A stretch of 61,622 nucleotides of DNA, filler included, from Candidatus Woesearchaeota archaeon (lineage in GTDB: Archaea > Nanobdellota > Nanobdellia > Woesearchaeales > CAZJJJ01), in assembly GCA_046538795.1 (NCBI GenBank). It is 4 parts of 4 records of this genome, joined end to end, with 100 filler letters (N's around TTAATTAATTAA, not from the genome) between each part and the next. Parts side by side here need not be neighbours in the genome. Positions count along the whole stretch, not along the records: positions 1 to 25,438 come from JBKHIF010000014.1; 3 more parts are not named here. One strand, written 5' to 3'. A model generated the notes under the pieces. That model was not told where the DNA came from and did not search any database. It worked only from the letters and a program-made list of their open reading frames with translations. This document shows, one piece after another, positions 1-10,200 of the stretch. How positions within the stretch are numbered: the first letter of the stretch is position 1; each line of letters begins with the position of its first letter. The translations under genes and the position numbers were made by a program.

Positions 1-308
1 GGGATATCTAAGACTTTCAGTTTTAGGGATTAGAAATTTTTTAAATTTCTAATAGGCTTGAGCAGTGATTTTCTTTATATTTTAATTCATGATTTTTTAT
101 TATTTCTTTCTTTTTATGTTATATAATAGCTGACAAAAGTAAACTATATTTTATAAGATATTTTTGTTATTTTCTAATACAGAGTTACATTTATAAATAA
201 ACACAGATTTTCATGAATAAAACCGGTCGCTGATCGCGTCCACTGCTCCTAAAAAGGAATATGAACGATCAGAATCCAACGCGTAAATATTACGTGGGAG
301 AGATAAAA

Positions 309-1025
309 ATGGGAAAGGAAAATATTGAAGTATTGATTGAAGGAGGAAAAGCAACCGCTGCTCCTCCGCTTGGTCCGGCACTTGGCCCTATGGGTGTCAA
401 TATTGGACAGGTTGTAGCTGAGATCAACAAGAAAACTCAGGATTTCAAAGGTATGCAGGTTCCAGTGACTGTATCTATAGATACAGATACAAAGGAATTC
501 ACTATTTCTGTTGGAACTCCCCCTGCTTCACAGTTGATACTTAAAGAAGCAGGAATCCAGAAAGGTGCAGGAAACCCACTTACAGACAAAGTTGCAGACC
601 TAAGGATTGAACAGATAATAAAGATTGCAAAGATGAAAGAAGATGTTCTTCTTGGAAAGAATCTTAAGGAAAAGATAAAGGAAATAATCGGAACCTGCCA
701 GTCTATGGGTGTTATGGTCGAAGAAAAGCCAGCACATGAGACTATTACTGATATAAATTCAGGCAAGTTCGATAAAGAGATTTCTTCAGGAAAGACAGAG
801 ATCAGCGCAGAAGAGATGAAAGAGATTGAAGAAGAGAAGAAAAAGCTCGCTGCAGAGATCGAGGCAAGACGTGAAGAATTCATGAGCAAGGCAAAATCAA
901 TCCAGAAACAGATGGAAGGAAAGTCTGCCAATCAGATAAGAACTAAGATGAAGGATGAGGACATACCTCAGACAATAATTGATGAACTTGTTCCTGAAGA
1001 AAAGAAAGATGAAAAGTCCAAATAG
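309..1025 (+). CDS. rpl11: 50S ribosomal protein L11 with charged C-terminal extension
   Basis: GGKATAAPPLGPALGPMGVNIGQVV and EIIGTCQSMGV are L11 signatures; ATG at 309 follows GGGAG (296-300). Confidence 0.97.
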   Translation: MGKENIEVLIEGGKATAAPPLGPALGPMGVNIGQVVAEINKKTQDFKGMQVPVTVSIDTDTKEFTISVGTPPASQLILKEAGIQKGAGNPLTDKVADLRIEQIIKIAKMKEDVLLGKNLKEKIKEIIGTCQSMGVMVEEKPAHETITDINSGKFDKEISSGKTEISAEEMKEIEEEKKKLAAEIEARREEFMSKAKSIQKQMEGKSANQIRTKMKDEDIPQTIIDELVPEEKKDEKSK

Positions 1026-1066
1026 GCAAAATCTTTAATTTTTCTATTTTTTTTCTTTTTATTCAA

Positions 1067-1177
1067 TTAGTAATTGAATTCCCCTTCTTTTTCTTCAAAA
1101 TCCGTCCCGCATTCAGGACAGTAGTCTTCATCATCTTCAACCACTGCTCCGCATAGAGGACATTCCTGTGTTGTCAT
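1067..1177 (-). CDS. Small zinc-ribbon (CPxCG) protein, 36 aa
   Basis: Manual translation MTTQECPLCGAVVEDDEDYCPECGTDFEEKEGEFNY*; two CPxCG knuckles; GGGGTG upstream. Below the ORF-track cutoff. Confidence 0.8.
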   Translation of the reverse strand: MTTQECPLCGAVVEDDEDYCPECGTDFEEKEGEFNY

Positions 1178-1289
1178 CTGAAGCACCCCGAGTTATCAAA
1201 TTAAATAGATGATAGAATATATAAATCTATGTAATAAATAGCTTATTTTTATGATATTTATCTTATCAGGGCTTAAAATATAATTTTTG

Positions 1290-4200
1290 TTACCTGTTTG
1301 TGATTCCCATTATTCTCATATTTTTTGTATCTGCCTTATTATCTGTTTCATTATACGAAATATGATAACTTATATCATATGTGCCAAGAGGATCTATTGA
1401 ACTTATATTCCAGAAAAGGTATGTTCCTCTATTTGCTGAACTCACGTTCCAGCCGGGTTCTATTGTATAATTTATAGGATTGAAGTTCATCGGCACATAA
1501 TCTGATGCAGTTATGTTTTCTATTTTATGACTCTGGTCGTTGTTGATCGAGATTGATATATTATATATTTCAGATGATATGGCTCTTATATCTTTTCTTA
1601 TAGAGAATTCTGTGCCAAATACGTGCATGTTTTCAATAATTTCGTTTTCATATGCGTGATAATATATGTTTTTCTCGTCTGTTATGTTTGCAGTTATCGT
1701 ATGTATTCCCATAATATCAGGAGCAAATGATATCTCTGCAAATCCGTCAATGCCGCTTAGTGAAGATCCTATATATCCAGATATATCTGAATAGAAGCTT
1801 ACATTGTATGATTCGATCTCTGTACTATTGAATTTATCCATTACCTTTGCCTTGATTGTGGCAGGAACACCCAATGTTGTATTTTTTATCATAAGCTCAG
1901 TTAGGTTTCCATATGAATATGTGGTTATGTTGTCTTCTGTTTCAAGTTTATCATATAGTTCCTCATAACAGGATATGTTGTAACTATAAAATCCTGGTAC
2001 TGTTATATTGAATCCTGCTTTATACAATCCATCTTCATAGCTCATATTTCTTATTCCGTGTGAATCTATCGAGATGTTGCATATTGCATCTTCTATTGCA
2101 GATCCTGCAAGTGTTGAATAATTTGCATAGATAAAGGATGTATCATTTATGAATATAGTCCTGTTTTCCTTGTCTGCATCAGATATATCATATATTTCGA
2201 GGCTGCTTGATGCTCCTCCTACATATGCTGTAAAATGGGTTACATTGAATCTGATGTGTGAATCATTTTGCATGAACGGAATATTTGTCTTTTTCCAGGA
2301 AATGCATGATGCTGAACTTGTATTCCATTCTTCGCAGTGTAAGATGTTTGCAACAAAGTGATTTTTCTTAAGTATTATATCTGCTTCTGAGAAGTTAAAT
2401 AGCTTATTTCTTGACTCAAGCGAGAAGACCTCTGTCGCAATTTCAGGATCATCAATCGTGGTTATCGCCTGTATGCTTTCTATGTCTTCTTCATTGCTTG
2501 TATTTTTCAAAATCACTTTCACGCTTTCATCTTCAAATTCAAGATAAATGTCTGTTGAATTTGATTTGGAGAATTTTACGTCTGCATAAGTGATATTCCT
2601 TGTCATGAAGTTTTGTTTGAAAGCCTGTCCTGACGTTTTGTTTATGTCTTTGGTCATGTTTTCAGATAATCTGACTGTTGCTGAATTTATTGGACTCATT
2701 ATGCTTGGTAGTATAATTCTTTCTTTCACATACATGCTCCTGTTGACAACATATATTTTTTGTCTGATTGTCTTATTGAGTATGCTGAAACTAATATCGT
2801 AATCTCCTTCTTCTATTGCAAAGAATTCTGTGCTGTAATTATATGATTCTTTTCTTGGATTAAAGCCATACGAGATGTTGTTTGAATCTGTAATAGTTAA
2901 AACTGGATTTTCTATTGTTATAATCTCATCCTCGTAATTTCTTAAGATATCAGAAATATTTTCTGTCAGATATGATCTGAGTTTATGGTTGTTGGCGTTT
3001 GTTTCATTTTCACCTGTATTATTGTCAGATGCTGCAATCATCATTGTCTTATTCAGATATACGCTGAACTTAATCTCTATAGGTTTCTCTTTTTCATATA
3101 TTGATTCGACATGTGATTTGATCACAATATCCTGTGCAAGATTATCAGCTTCTTTGTTTGTATTATCCGATGCATTTTCATCTGTTATTATTTTATCTTC
3201 AATCTCATATGACCTGTTGATCTCCATCATGGCTGGCTCATACACTCTTATGATATAATCGCTTACGAGATCCTTGTCCATGAAAGTTGTGCTTGCTCTG
3301 ATAGTATAATTTCCAGGCTCATGGAATATTAGTCCTATTTCAGGATTCGTGTCTTCTATGACATAAGATGAATTTCCTGGTTCATCTATCTTAAGCGTGA
3401 TTGTGCTGTTCTCAGCAATCTCGTAACCAAGGATAGTTTTTGCAGTTACCAATATTGCATCATTAGTATAGTATCTTCCTGAACCTGCACTGATCCTTTC
3501 TGTCTCTATCCTAAGTTCAGGGCGTGGAAGATCGATAAAAGTATTCTCGCTTGTGCTGAAAGTCTTTTCTTCTCTTTCTATTGTAGCCTTTATCTCATAT
3601 TCTCCAGATATCAGATTATCAAGAGTGCAGTTGAATTCTGCTGTTCCGTTGACTAGATAATGGCAGATAGTAAGGTTTGAAGGTGATGATTTTGGTATTA
3701 GATTTATCTCTATTGATTCAAGTATTCTTGTTTCATTCTGCTCGACTGTAACTTCGCCATGAATGTGTCTTCCTTCATATTTTTCCCTGAATTTCAAGGT
3801 AAGATTAAAGCTTCTCTCAGTAATTTCTGTGCCTTTTTGCACAATATCTTTCTCGATGTGGCTTGATGATATATTTTCAGGTATCTTATCCTTTATCTCA
3901 TCTTCGCTTATATTTATCGTCTCATTTGCAGTCTGGTTTATCGAAGAGTTCGTATCATTGAGGATAGTTTCATTAACTGTGAAATTTTCATAACTATTTG
4001 TTTCATATAGATCATATGTCTGGTTATGATATAGTATCTTTCCATCATGATCTGTTATTCCTATTATCGTATAATATGATGCATTGGTTGATCTTATCTC
4101 CTTTTCAAGCTTGCATGAGAACGCTTTTGTCATGTTGACATAATGTGTACATATTGTCATGTTTTCATTTATCATTCCAGGATATATGTCAAGTTCTACT

Positions 4201-4598
4201 GCATATATTGTGCGATTATATTGACTATCGGATGAATTCGCGTAAGGTTGATCGTATCTTGTTTCTATGGTTCCTTCTATGAAACTTTCGTTATTTTTTT
4301 CAGCCAATCCTGAAATATTTATCCTGAATATGAATTCTCCTGATTGGTTTTTAGTCAAGTTCGGGGAAGCATCGGAAATTCCTGAACTAATATTTAAACT
4401 GCTATTTGAATTGTTAGTCAAAATATTGCTAGCAGATCTGGTGCTTATGTTTGTGTGGTTCTTGTTTGTCAAAGTCTCATTTGATTCAGAACCTATTGTT
4501 TGCGCTGTTGAGAAGACCAAGAAGAATACAAGTAGGGCAAGAGCTAAGAAGAGCTTTACATTTTGCCTTCCATGGCTTGCTCTATCTCTTGTTCTCAT
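1290..4598 (-). CDS. Large secreted surface glycoprotein (~1102 aa), no C-terminal membrane anchor
   Basis: Signal-like hydrophobic stretch (LFLALALLVFFLVFSTA), many N-x-S/T sequons, beta-rich Ig-like segments; ATG at 4598 follows AGGAGGG. Confidence 0.8.
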   Translation of the reverse strand: MRTRDRASHGRQNVKLFLALALLVFFLVFSTAQTIGSESNETLTNKNHTNISTRSASNILTNNSNSSLNISSGISDASPNLTKNQSGEFIFRINISGLAEKNNESFIEGTIETRYDQPYANSSDSQYNRTIYAVELDIYPGMINENMTICTHYVNMTKAFSCKLEKEIRSTNASYYTIIGITDHDGKILYHNQTYDLYETNSYENFTVNETILNDTNSSINQTANETINISEDEIKDKIPENISSSHIEKDIVQKGTEITERSFNLTLKFREKYEGRHIHGEVTVEQNETRILESIEINLIPKSSPSNLTICHYLVNGTAEFNCTLDNLISGEYEIKATIEREEKTFSTSENTFIDLPRPELRIETERISAGSGRYYTNDAILVTAKTILGYEIAENSTITLKIDEPGNSSYVIEDTNPEIGLIFHEPGNYTIRASTTFMDKDLVSDYIIRVYEPAMMEINRSYEIEDKIITDENASDNTNKEADNLAQDIVIKSHVESIYEKEKPIEIKFSVYLNKTMMIAASDNNTGENETNANNHKLRSYLTENISDILRNYEDEIITIENPVLTITDSNNISYGFNPRKESYNYSTEFFAIEEGDYDISFSILNKTIRQKIYVVNRSMYVKERIILPSIMSPINSATVRLSENMTKDINKTSGQAFKQNFMTRNITYADVKFSKSNSTDIYLEFEDESVKVILKNTSNEEDIESIQAITTIDDPEIATEVFSLESRNKLFNFSEADIILKKNHFVANILHCEEWNTSSASCISWKKTNIPFMQNDSHIRFNVTHFTAYVGGASSSLEIYDISDADKENRTIFINDTSFIYANYSTLAGSAIEDAICNISIDSHGIRNMSYEDGLYKAGFNITVPGFYSYNISCYEELYDKLETEDNITTYSYGNLTELMIKNTTLGVPATIKAKVMDKFNSTEIESYNVSFYSDISGYIGSSLSGIDGFAEISFAPDIMGIHTITANITDEKNIYYHAYENEIIENMHVFGTEFSIRKDIRAISSEIYNISISINNDQSHKIENITASDYVPMNFNPINYTIEPGWNVSSANRGTYLFWNISSIDPLGTYDISYHISYNETDNKADTKNMRIMGITNR

Positions 4599-5649
4599 GT
4601 TCCCTCCTTTTACTTTTATCAAAAGTTCTGGTTCTGCTATTTTCTCTGTAGAAAGAGGCCCTGCCTGTGCTTGCGAAACTCAGCTGGCCGTATTCATAGA
4701 ACCTAAACTCATTGAGCTTGAGATCCTCTCTTGCTTTTGAAATTCCTTCTAGGGCGATTTTTTGTGCGATGTAAGAATTTCTTAGAACATTTGGAGTAAC
4801 TTCGATGTCCTGTCCTGATTTTTCAGAATAGAATTTGAGAATTTGTTGTATTCTCCTTCCAGTAAGTCTTGTTGATTGTCTTGATGTAAATATGAACGGT
4901 GATTGTGATTGATATGGTTCTTTCGAATTGATAATTTCTCTGAGTTTTGATGAAAGTTCTTTTGATAATCTGCAAATTCTTAATTCTCCTGAAGCGAATC
5001 TCTTGTCATTGTGAATGGTTATCTTTCTCCTCTCGAAATCAAACTCTTTTTTTCTGAGGTTTGAAAGCTCTGAAACAGTGATTCCTGTTTCGTAGAACAG
5101 TTTCACGATAACTTTGTCTCTTTTATCCTGTATAGAACTATAGAACTTTTGAAAGGCAGTTTCTGAAAGAAATCTTTTTTTATCAAGAGATTTAAGTCCA
5201 GAAAGCTCTTTAACTGTCTCAACAGGTACATTTTTTTTGAGAAGTTCAGAAACGGCCTGTTTTCTAAGAATGGATGGCGTAATATCCTTTTTGATGTGCG
5301 CAGAAACAGATTTAAGAAGCTGCTGGACTCTTCTTGGAGTTATCTTTGAACTTTGTCTCGTGAAAAAAAGAAATTCTGTTGGAGAATAAGACTCGATATA
5401 TGCCCTGATATCTTTCAAAATCTTGTTTGAAAAGGGTATTGTCCTGTCTTTTAGAAATAGTTTTTGACCTGCAAGATCTATCTGCGAAACTCTTAGATCC
5501 ACAAGTTCAGATATTGTAATTCCAAGTTCTCTTAAAATAGAAAGAATTAGATTATCCCTTTTGTTTGAGACAAAATCCCTAATCCTGCGAAACTCATCTC
5601 TAGAAACATAGCTGTAGCTTTCAGTATTCTCTGTTGTTTTTATGGCCAT
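4582..5649 (-). CDS. Tandem tyrosine-recombinase-fold protein, apparently catalytically degenerate
   Basis: Two copies of RD..I..L..E.GIT.SEL..L / F.+RQS.+.T.RR.QQ / TP..LR; catalytic Arg and His positions are substituted in both. Confidence 0.8.
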   Translation of the reverse strand: MAIKTTENTESYSYVSRDEFRRIRDFVSNKRDNLILSILRELGITISELVDLRVSQIDLAGQKLFLKDRTIPFSNKILKDIRAYIESYSPTEFLFFTRQSSKITPRRVQQLLKSVSAHIKKDITPSILRKQAVSELLKKNVPVETVKELSGLKSLDKKRFLSETAFQKFYSSIQDKRDKVIVKLFYETGITVSELSNLRKKEFDFERRKITIHNDKRFASGELRICRLSKELSSKLREIINSKEPYQSQSPFIFTSRQSTRLTGRRIQQILKFYSEKSGQDIEVTPNVLRNSYIAQKIALEGISKAREDLKLNEFRFYEYGQLSFASTGRASFYRENSRTRTFDKSKRREHENKR

Positions 5650-5834
5650 TTTACTTAAATCACAACAAAATTTTGAGTTTCGCAATAATTATTATTACGA
5701 AACTGATATATAAGAATTTGGATTTTGTGTTAGTTTTTCTTAAAGCAGAAATTTTAATAGTTAAACCTGATAATTATATATTATTGGACATACTTTTTTC
5801 TTAATCTAAAAAATTCTAGCCAGGAGGTGGTATT

Positions 5835-6449
5835 ATGGCTGAATACAAATTACCTGAAATTGGATATAGTTATGATGCATTAGAACCATATATTGATGCA
5901 AAAACCATGGAGATACATCATACAAAACATCATCAGGCTTATGTTGACAAGTTGAATGCAGCACTTGAAAAGCATCCTGAATTAGCACAAAAAAGTCCTG
6001 AGGACCTTGTAAAGGATCTTGATTCTATGCCTGAAGATATAAAGATTGCTGTAAGAAATCATGGAGGAGGTCATGTTAATCATTCTTTTTTTTGGCAGAT
6101 TCTGAAAAAAGACGTTTCTCCTGAAGGCTCATTGATTGATGCTATAAACGAAAAATTCGGAAGTCTTGATGCATTCAAGGACAAATTTTTCAATACTGCA
6201 AAAGGCAGGTTTGGAAGCGGATGGGCATGGCTGGTTTTAAATTCAGATAAAGATCTTGAGATAATGAATACTCTTAATCAGGACTCGCCTCTTACGCAAG
6301 GAAATATTCCTATAATTGGTATTGATGTCTGGGAGCACGCATATTATCTTAAGTACCAGAACAAGAGGGGAGATTACATAAATGCCTTTTTCAATGTAAT
6401 AAACTGGAAAAAAGCATCCCAGATATATGAAACTGCTATGAAAGGCTGA
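5835..6449 (+). CDS. sod: Fe/Mn superoxide dismutase (Mn-type features)
   Basis: [45 protein letters not shown]. Confidence 0.97.
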   Translation: MAEYKLPEIGYSYDALEPYIDAKTMEIHHTKHHQAYVDKLNAALEKHPELAQKSPEDLVKDLDSMPEDIKIAVRNHGGGHVNHSFFWQILKKDVSPEGSLIDAINEKFGSLDAFKDKFFNTAKGRFGSGWAWLVLNSDKDLEIMNTLNQDSPLTQGNIPIIGIDVWEHAYYLKYQNKRGDYINAFFNVINWKKASQIYETAMKG

Positions 6450-6498
6450 ACTAGTCTGATAAATTTTTTAAATTTTTTTAAAAAGAATATTCTTTTGG

Positions 6499-6542
<44 letters not shown>

Positions 6543-6650
6543 TTAGTTATATTTCTATAAATTCATATTACATAATAAGATATAAATACTACATAATGGT
6601 ATATATCAGATAATTTTATATATAACTTTCTTACATAATAAGATTGATTG

Positions 6651-7232
6651 ATGGAACTTTCAGAACAAATACCGGATTCTGATATAGATTTCAGTACTTA
6701 TAGCAATCTAAACAAGAAGATCATCCACAGGCTTGAGGAAAGATTTTCAAAGATAGAAAAGGAATATTTGCTGTCTAAAGAGATACTAGAAAACATAAAA
6801 AGCCAAAAAATAATGATTCCCTTGTCTGTATTTCAGGACAAAATGCTTTCTGCTCTTGAACTTGTTGTCGTCTTCCTTAAGGAGATCTCAGGCCTTTCCA
6901 ATACAGATATTTCAAAACTTCTGAATCGCGATCCAAAGACGATCTGGGCAACATATTATACAGCCAGAAAAAAATCAAAAAAACAGATAAGTCTTTCTTT
7001 CAAAGCCAAGGACAAAAATACAACAAATCTTGTATTTCCTGTGTACATATTTGCAAAAAGAGACTTGAGTGTTCTTGAAACCCTAGTCGAATATCTTCAG
7101 AAAAATTATTATTTATCATACAAAGCTATAGCAGATCATCTCAATCGAAACGAAAAAACCATCGCAACAATCATAAGACGTATCAACGAGAAGAGAAAAA
7201 GATCAAAAAATGCAAAGACGAAAAAAAGATGA
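6651..7232 (+). CDS. Duplicated helix-turn-helix DNA-binding protein
   Basis: Two internal repeats: LSALELVVVFLKEISGLSNTDISKLLNRDPKTI and LSVLETLVEYLQKNYYLSYKAIADHLNRNEKTI; its stop overlaps the next start (ATGA). Confidence 0.8.
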   Translation: MELSEQIPDSDIDFSTYSNLNKKIIHRLEERFSKIEKEYLLSKEILENIKSQKIMIPLSVFQDKMLSALELVVVFLKEISGLSNTDISKLLNRDPKTIWATYYTARKKSKKQISLSFKAKDKNTTNLVFPVYIFAKRDLSVLETLVEYLQKNYYLSYKAIADHLNRNEKTIATIIRRINEKRKRSKNAKTKKR

Positions 7233-10200
7233 ATAATCACAAAATGAAAAAAGGATTTGCAGATATTATTTTCATATTCATACTTATTTTATCAGCGATT
7301 ATTATTTTCCAAAATATCCTGAAGCCTGCACAGGCAATAATTCCTGATGTATATATTAATGAGTATGGGAATCTTACAAATCTTTCAAGACCTGTCAACG
7401 GAACTTTATCATTAGGAACAGGAATAGAATATCTTGCTGTAAGGGTTAACATAACAAACATAACTGATTATGAAGCAATAGTTACACCTGATGAACAATA
7501 TGTGCTAAGTTACGATCATGGCAATGCTACCCACAAAGGTATAAGTGAGAAACTTGACGTAAGAAGATATCTTCAGAATTTAACTAAGATCCATAATATA
7601 TCAAATCTTTTTGATGCTCCTGTTGAAATCGGCATGAAAATACCTCTTCCTAATGCGAGCGAATGCAATTACAGCCATACGAGACTTAATTTTATACCTG
7701 ATAACATGAGTGTGGTTAATCAGACAGTATATCTCAATTTCACTGTCGGATCCTACCAAAACAGGCTAATTAATGTAACCTGCAGAACTCCAAATGATTT
7801 TGGCATCCTTGATTTTCCACAGTCAGAATATATCATGAGAACAGATTATACATTTACTGATGCGCAGATAAAGATACTTCCAGATACAAAAATGTCAGCC
7901 ACTAAGGAGCTTATCCCCAACCCTACACCTGACTGGAACAATGAATCTACATTAAGAAACTGGACAATAACATTTGATCTTTTCAACAAGGGAAATGTAA
8001 GCATCAACATAACAAAGATACGTCTTTGGGCAACTCCTTCAGATAACATAACAGGAAATCCTCTGGATAATGTCTTGTTCGAGAAAAACTACAGCAGCTG
8101 CCTTTATGGAGATAATATTCTTGATGGCGGTGAAAATTGTGAACAGAACAGCTGGTTTTTTTATCTCGGAGTGCCTGTGGTTTGGAGCGAGGTCTTTTTT
8201 GAAAATGTATATGATTTTGTACACGAAGGATTCTATACACTTATTGGATCATTTTACCAATACTTGTTTGGAGATTATAAGGTTCGTCTTGATAATCCTC
8301 AAAACAACTCTGTTGTTGACATCAACTATACTGTTGATTTCGAATATGCAGTTTCCAATGAATCTGATTGTCTGCTTTATACCAACATCACAGGAAATTT
8401 TAGCAGCATGGGTATGAGGCATGAAGAAGTTATTCTTGAAGATTCATTTGAATATAACACAACACCCTATGAAACCTATATCGTATGGAATGTATTATGT
8501 TATTCAACAGATGGTGTGAATGTTAAATTTTCAGAATCAAACTACTCTTTGCATATTAATGCTCTTCCCAGGATATACGGAGACAGGTTCCCTGATCTTA
8601 ACTGGTCAGAAGATGAAAACCTTACAATTAACCTCATGGACTATTTCTATGATCTGGAAGATGAAGATATGAATTTCACGATATACCCTTCAGCTATTCT
8701 TAACATATCATATGAGTACAGCAATGTCACAAAAAATATAACTTTCTCGCCTGACGAAAACTGGAATGGTTTAAGGCAGATGCAGGTTGTTGCAACAGAT
8801 ATATATGGACGGAATGTATCTTCTAATCTGGTCTATCTGAATGTAACTCCTGTGCCTGATGCTCCTGTGATAACCTGGTGGAATGTATCTAATGCTACCT
8901 GGAGTACTACCAATGAAACAAATCTCACATTTTCTGAGAATCAGACTATAAAATTCGAAGCAAATGCGACTGATCCTGACTTTTTAAATGATCCTTCATT
9001 GTGGTTCTATTGGTTCCTTGATGATGTGCTTCAGAAAATGGGAAGTTTCTGGGAATGGGGTGTTGGATGGTTCTCTTCAGGAGAGCATAATATAACCTTG
9101 ATTGTTAATGGTTCAGACGGGCTTTATGATACGCAGCATTGGTTTGTAAATATAACCAATATTAACCGGAATCCCTACTCAGATGAAATACCCAAACTCA
9201 TGTGGAAACAGAATACGACTATTATTATAAACCTCTCTGAATACTTCCACGATCCTGATCTTGAAGAACTCAACTATTCTGTTTTTGGATCTACACCTGA
9301 GAACATTACGGTGAATATCAGCAATTCGACAAAACTTGCTACATTAACTCCGAAAATCAACTGGAACGGAACAGACTATATAACCTTTAAAGCAGTAGAT
9401 CCTTATGGTGCATCAAATATCTCAAATAATGTAACGCTTATTGTATATCCTTATATTGTAAGTGCTCTTCCCAACATAACTTTCCTTGAAGATCAATATA
9501 ATGATTCCCTTTTCCTGACTAATCATTTTAACAATCATTCATATATTAAAGAAGACATAACATGGTCTATAAATTCTTCAACCTATGTAAATGTAGCTCT
9601 TCATCTCCTGACATGGCAGGTCAATTTCACATCTCAAAGCAATTGGTATGGCAATGAAAGCATCCTTTTCATAGCAAGGCATGATGATGGTTATCTGGAT
9701 AACATGTCTTTGAATGTAGAAGTCCTTCCGGTAAATGATCCTCCTATACTTGATGATGTTGAAAAGACCATTATTGAAAACACAGTTCCCCCTGTGAACC
9801 TTATCGATCTTTGGGAACACACAATTGATGTTGACAATACGTATGAAGAACTTAACTATAGCATCATAAGCAATTCTAATTCATCGCTTTTGGATTGTGT
9901 AATAATAGATAACAGATATATTAACTGTACGCCGCCTCCTGAAAACACATGGGGAAAAGTATATCTTAATGTAAGTGTTTCAGATGGTGAGTATTCTGAT
10001 TATGGTCTTATGACCATTACTGTCTATCACTATGATGTGCCTCCTGTAATAACAAACTGGACTGCGTCTGATGAAGAAAGAACTTTCAAAGGCATTGAAG
10101 GAAATTACAGCCTTGAATTTTTTGAAGATACGGAATTCAATTTTACAGTTACAGTCTATGATGTTGAAAATGACAATCTTGATTATCATTTCATATATGA

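Noticed and set aside
437..931. Antisense ORFs such as 437-931, 19461-20027, 52172-52627 and 57805-58140
   Set aside because: They overlap well-supported genes on the opposite strand and have the Phe/Ser/Leu-rich composition expected of antisense to Lys/Glu-rich genes.
4582..5649. Active integrase marking a prophage or genomic island
   Set aside because: Catalytic residues are missing, and I found no att repeats or phage/plasmid genes nearby.
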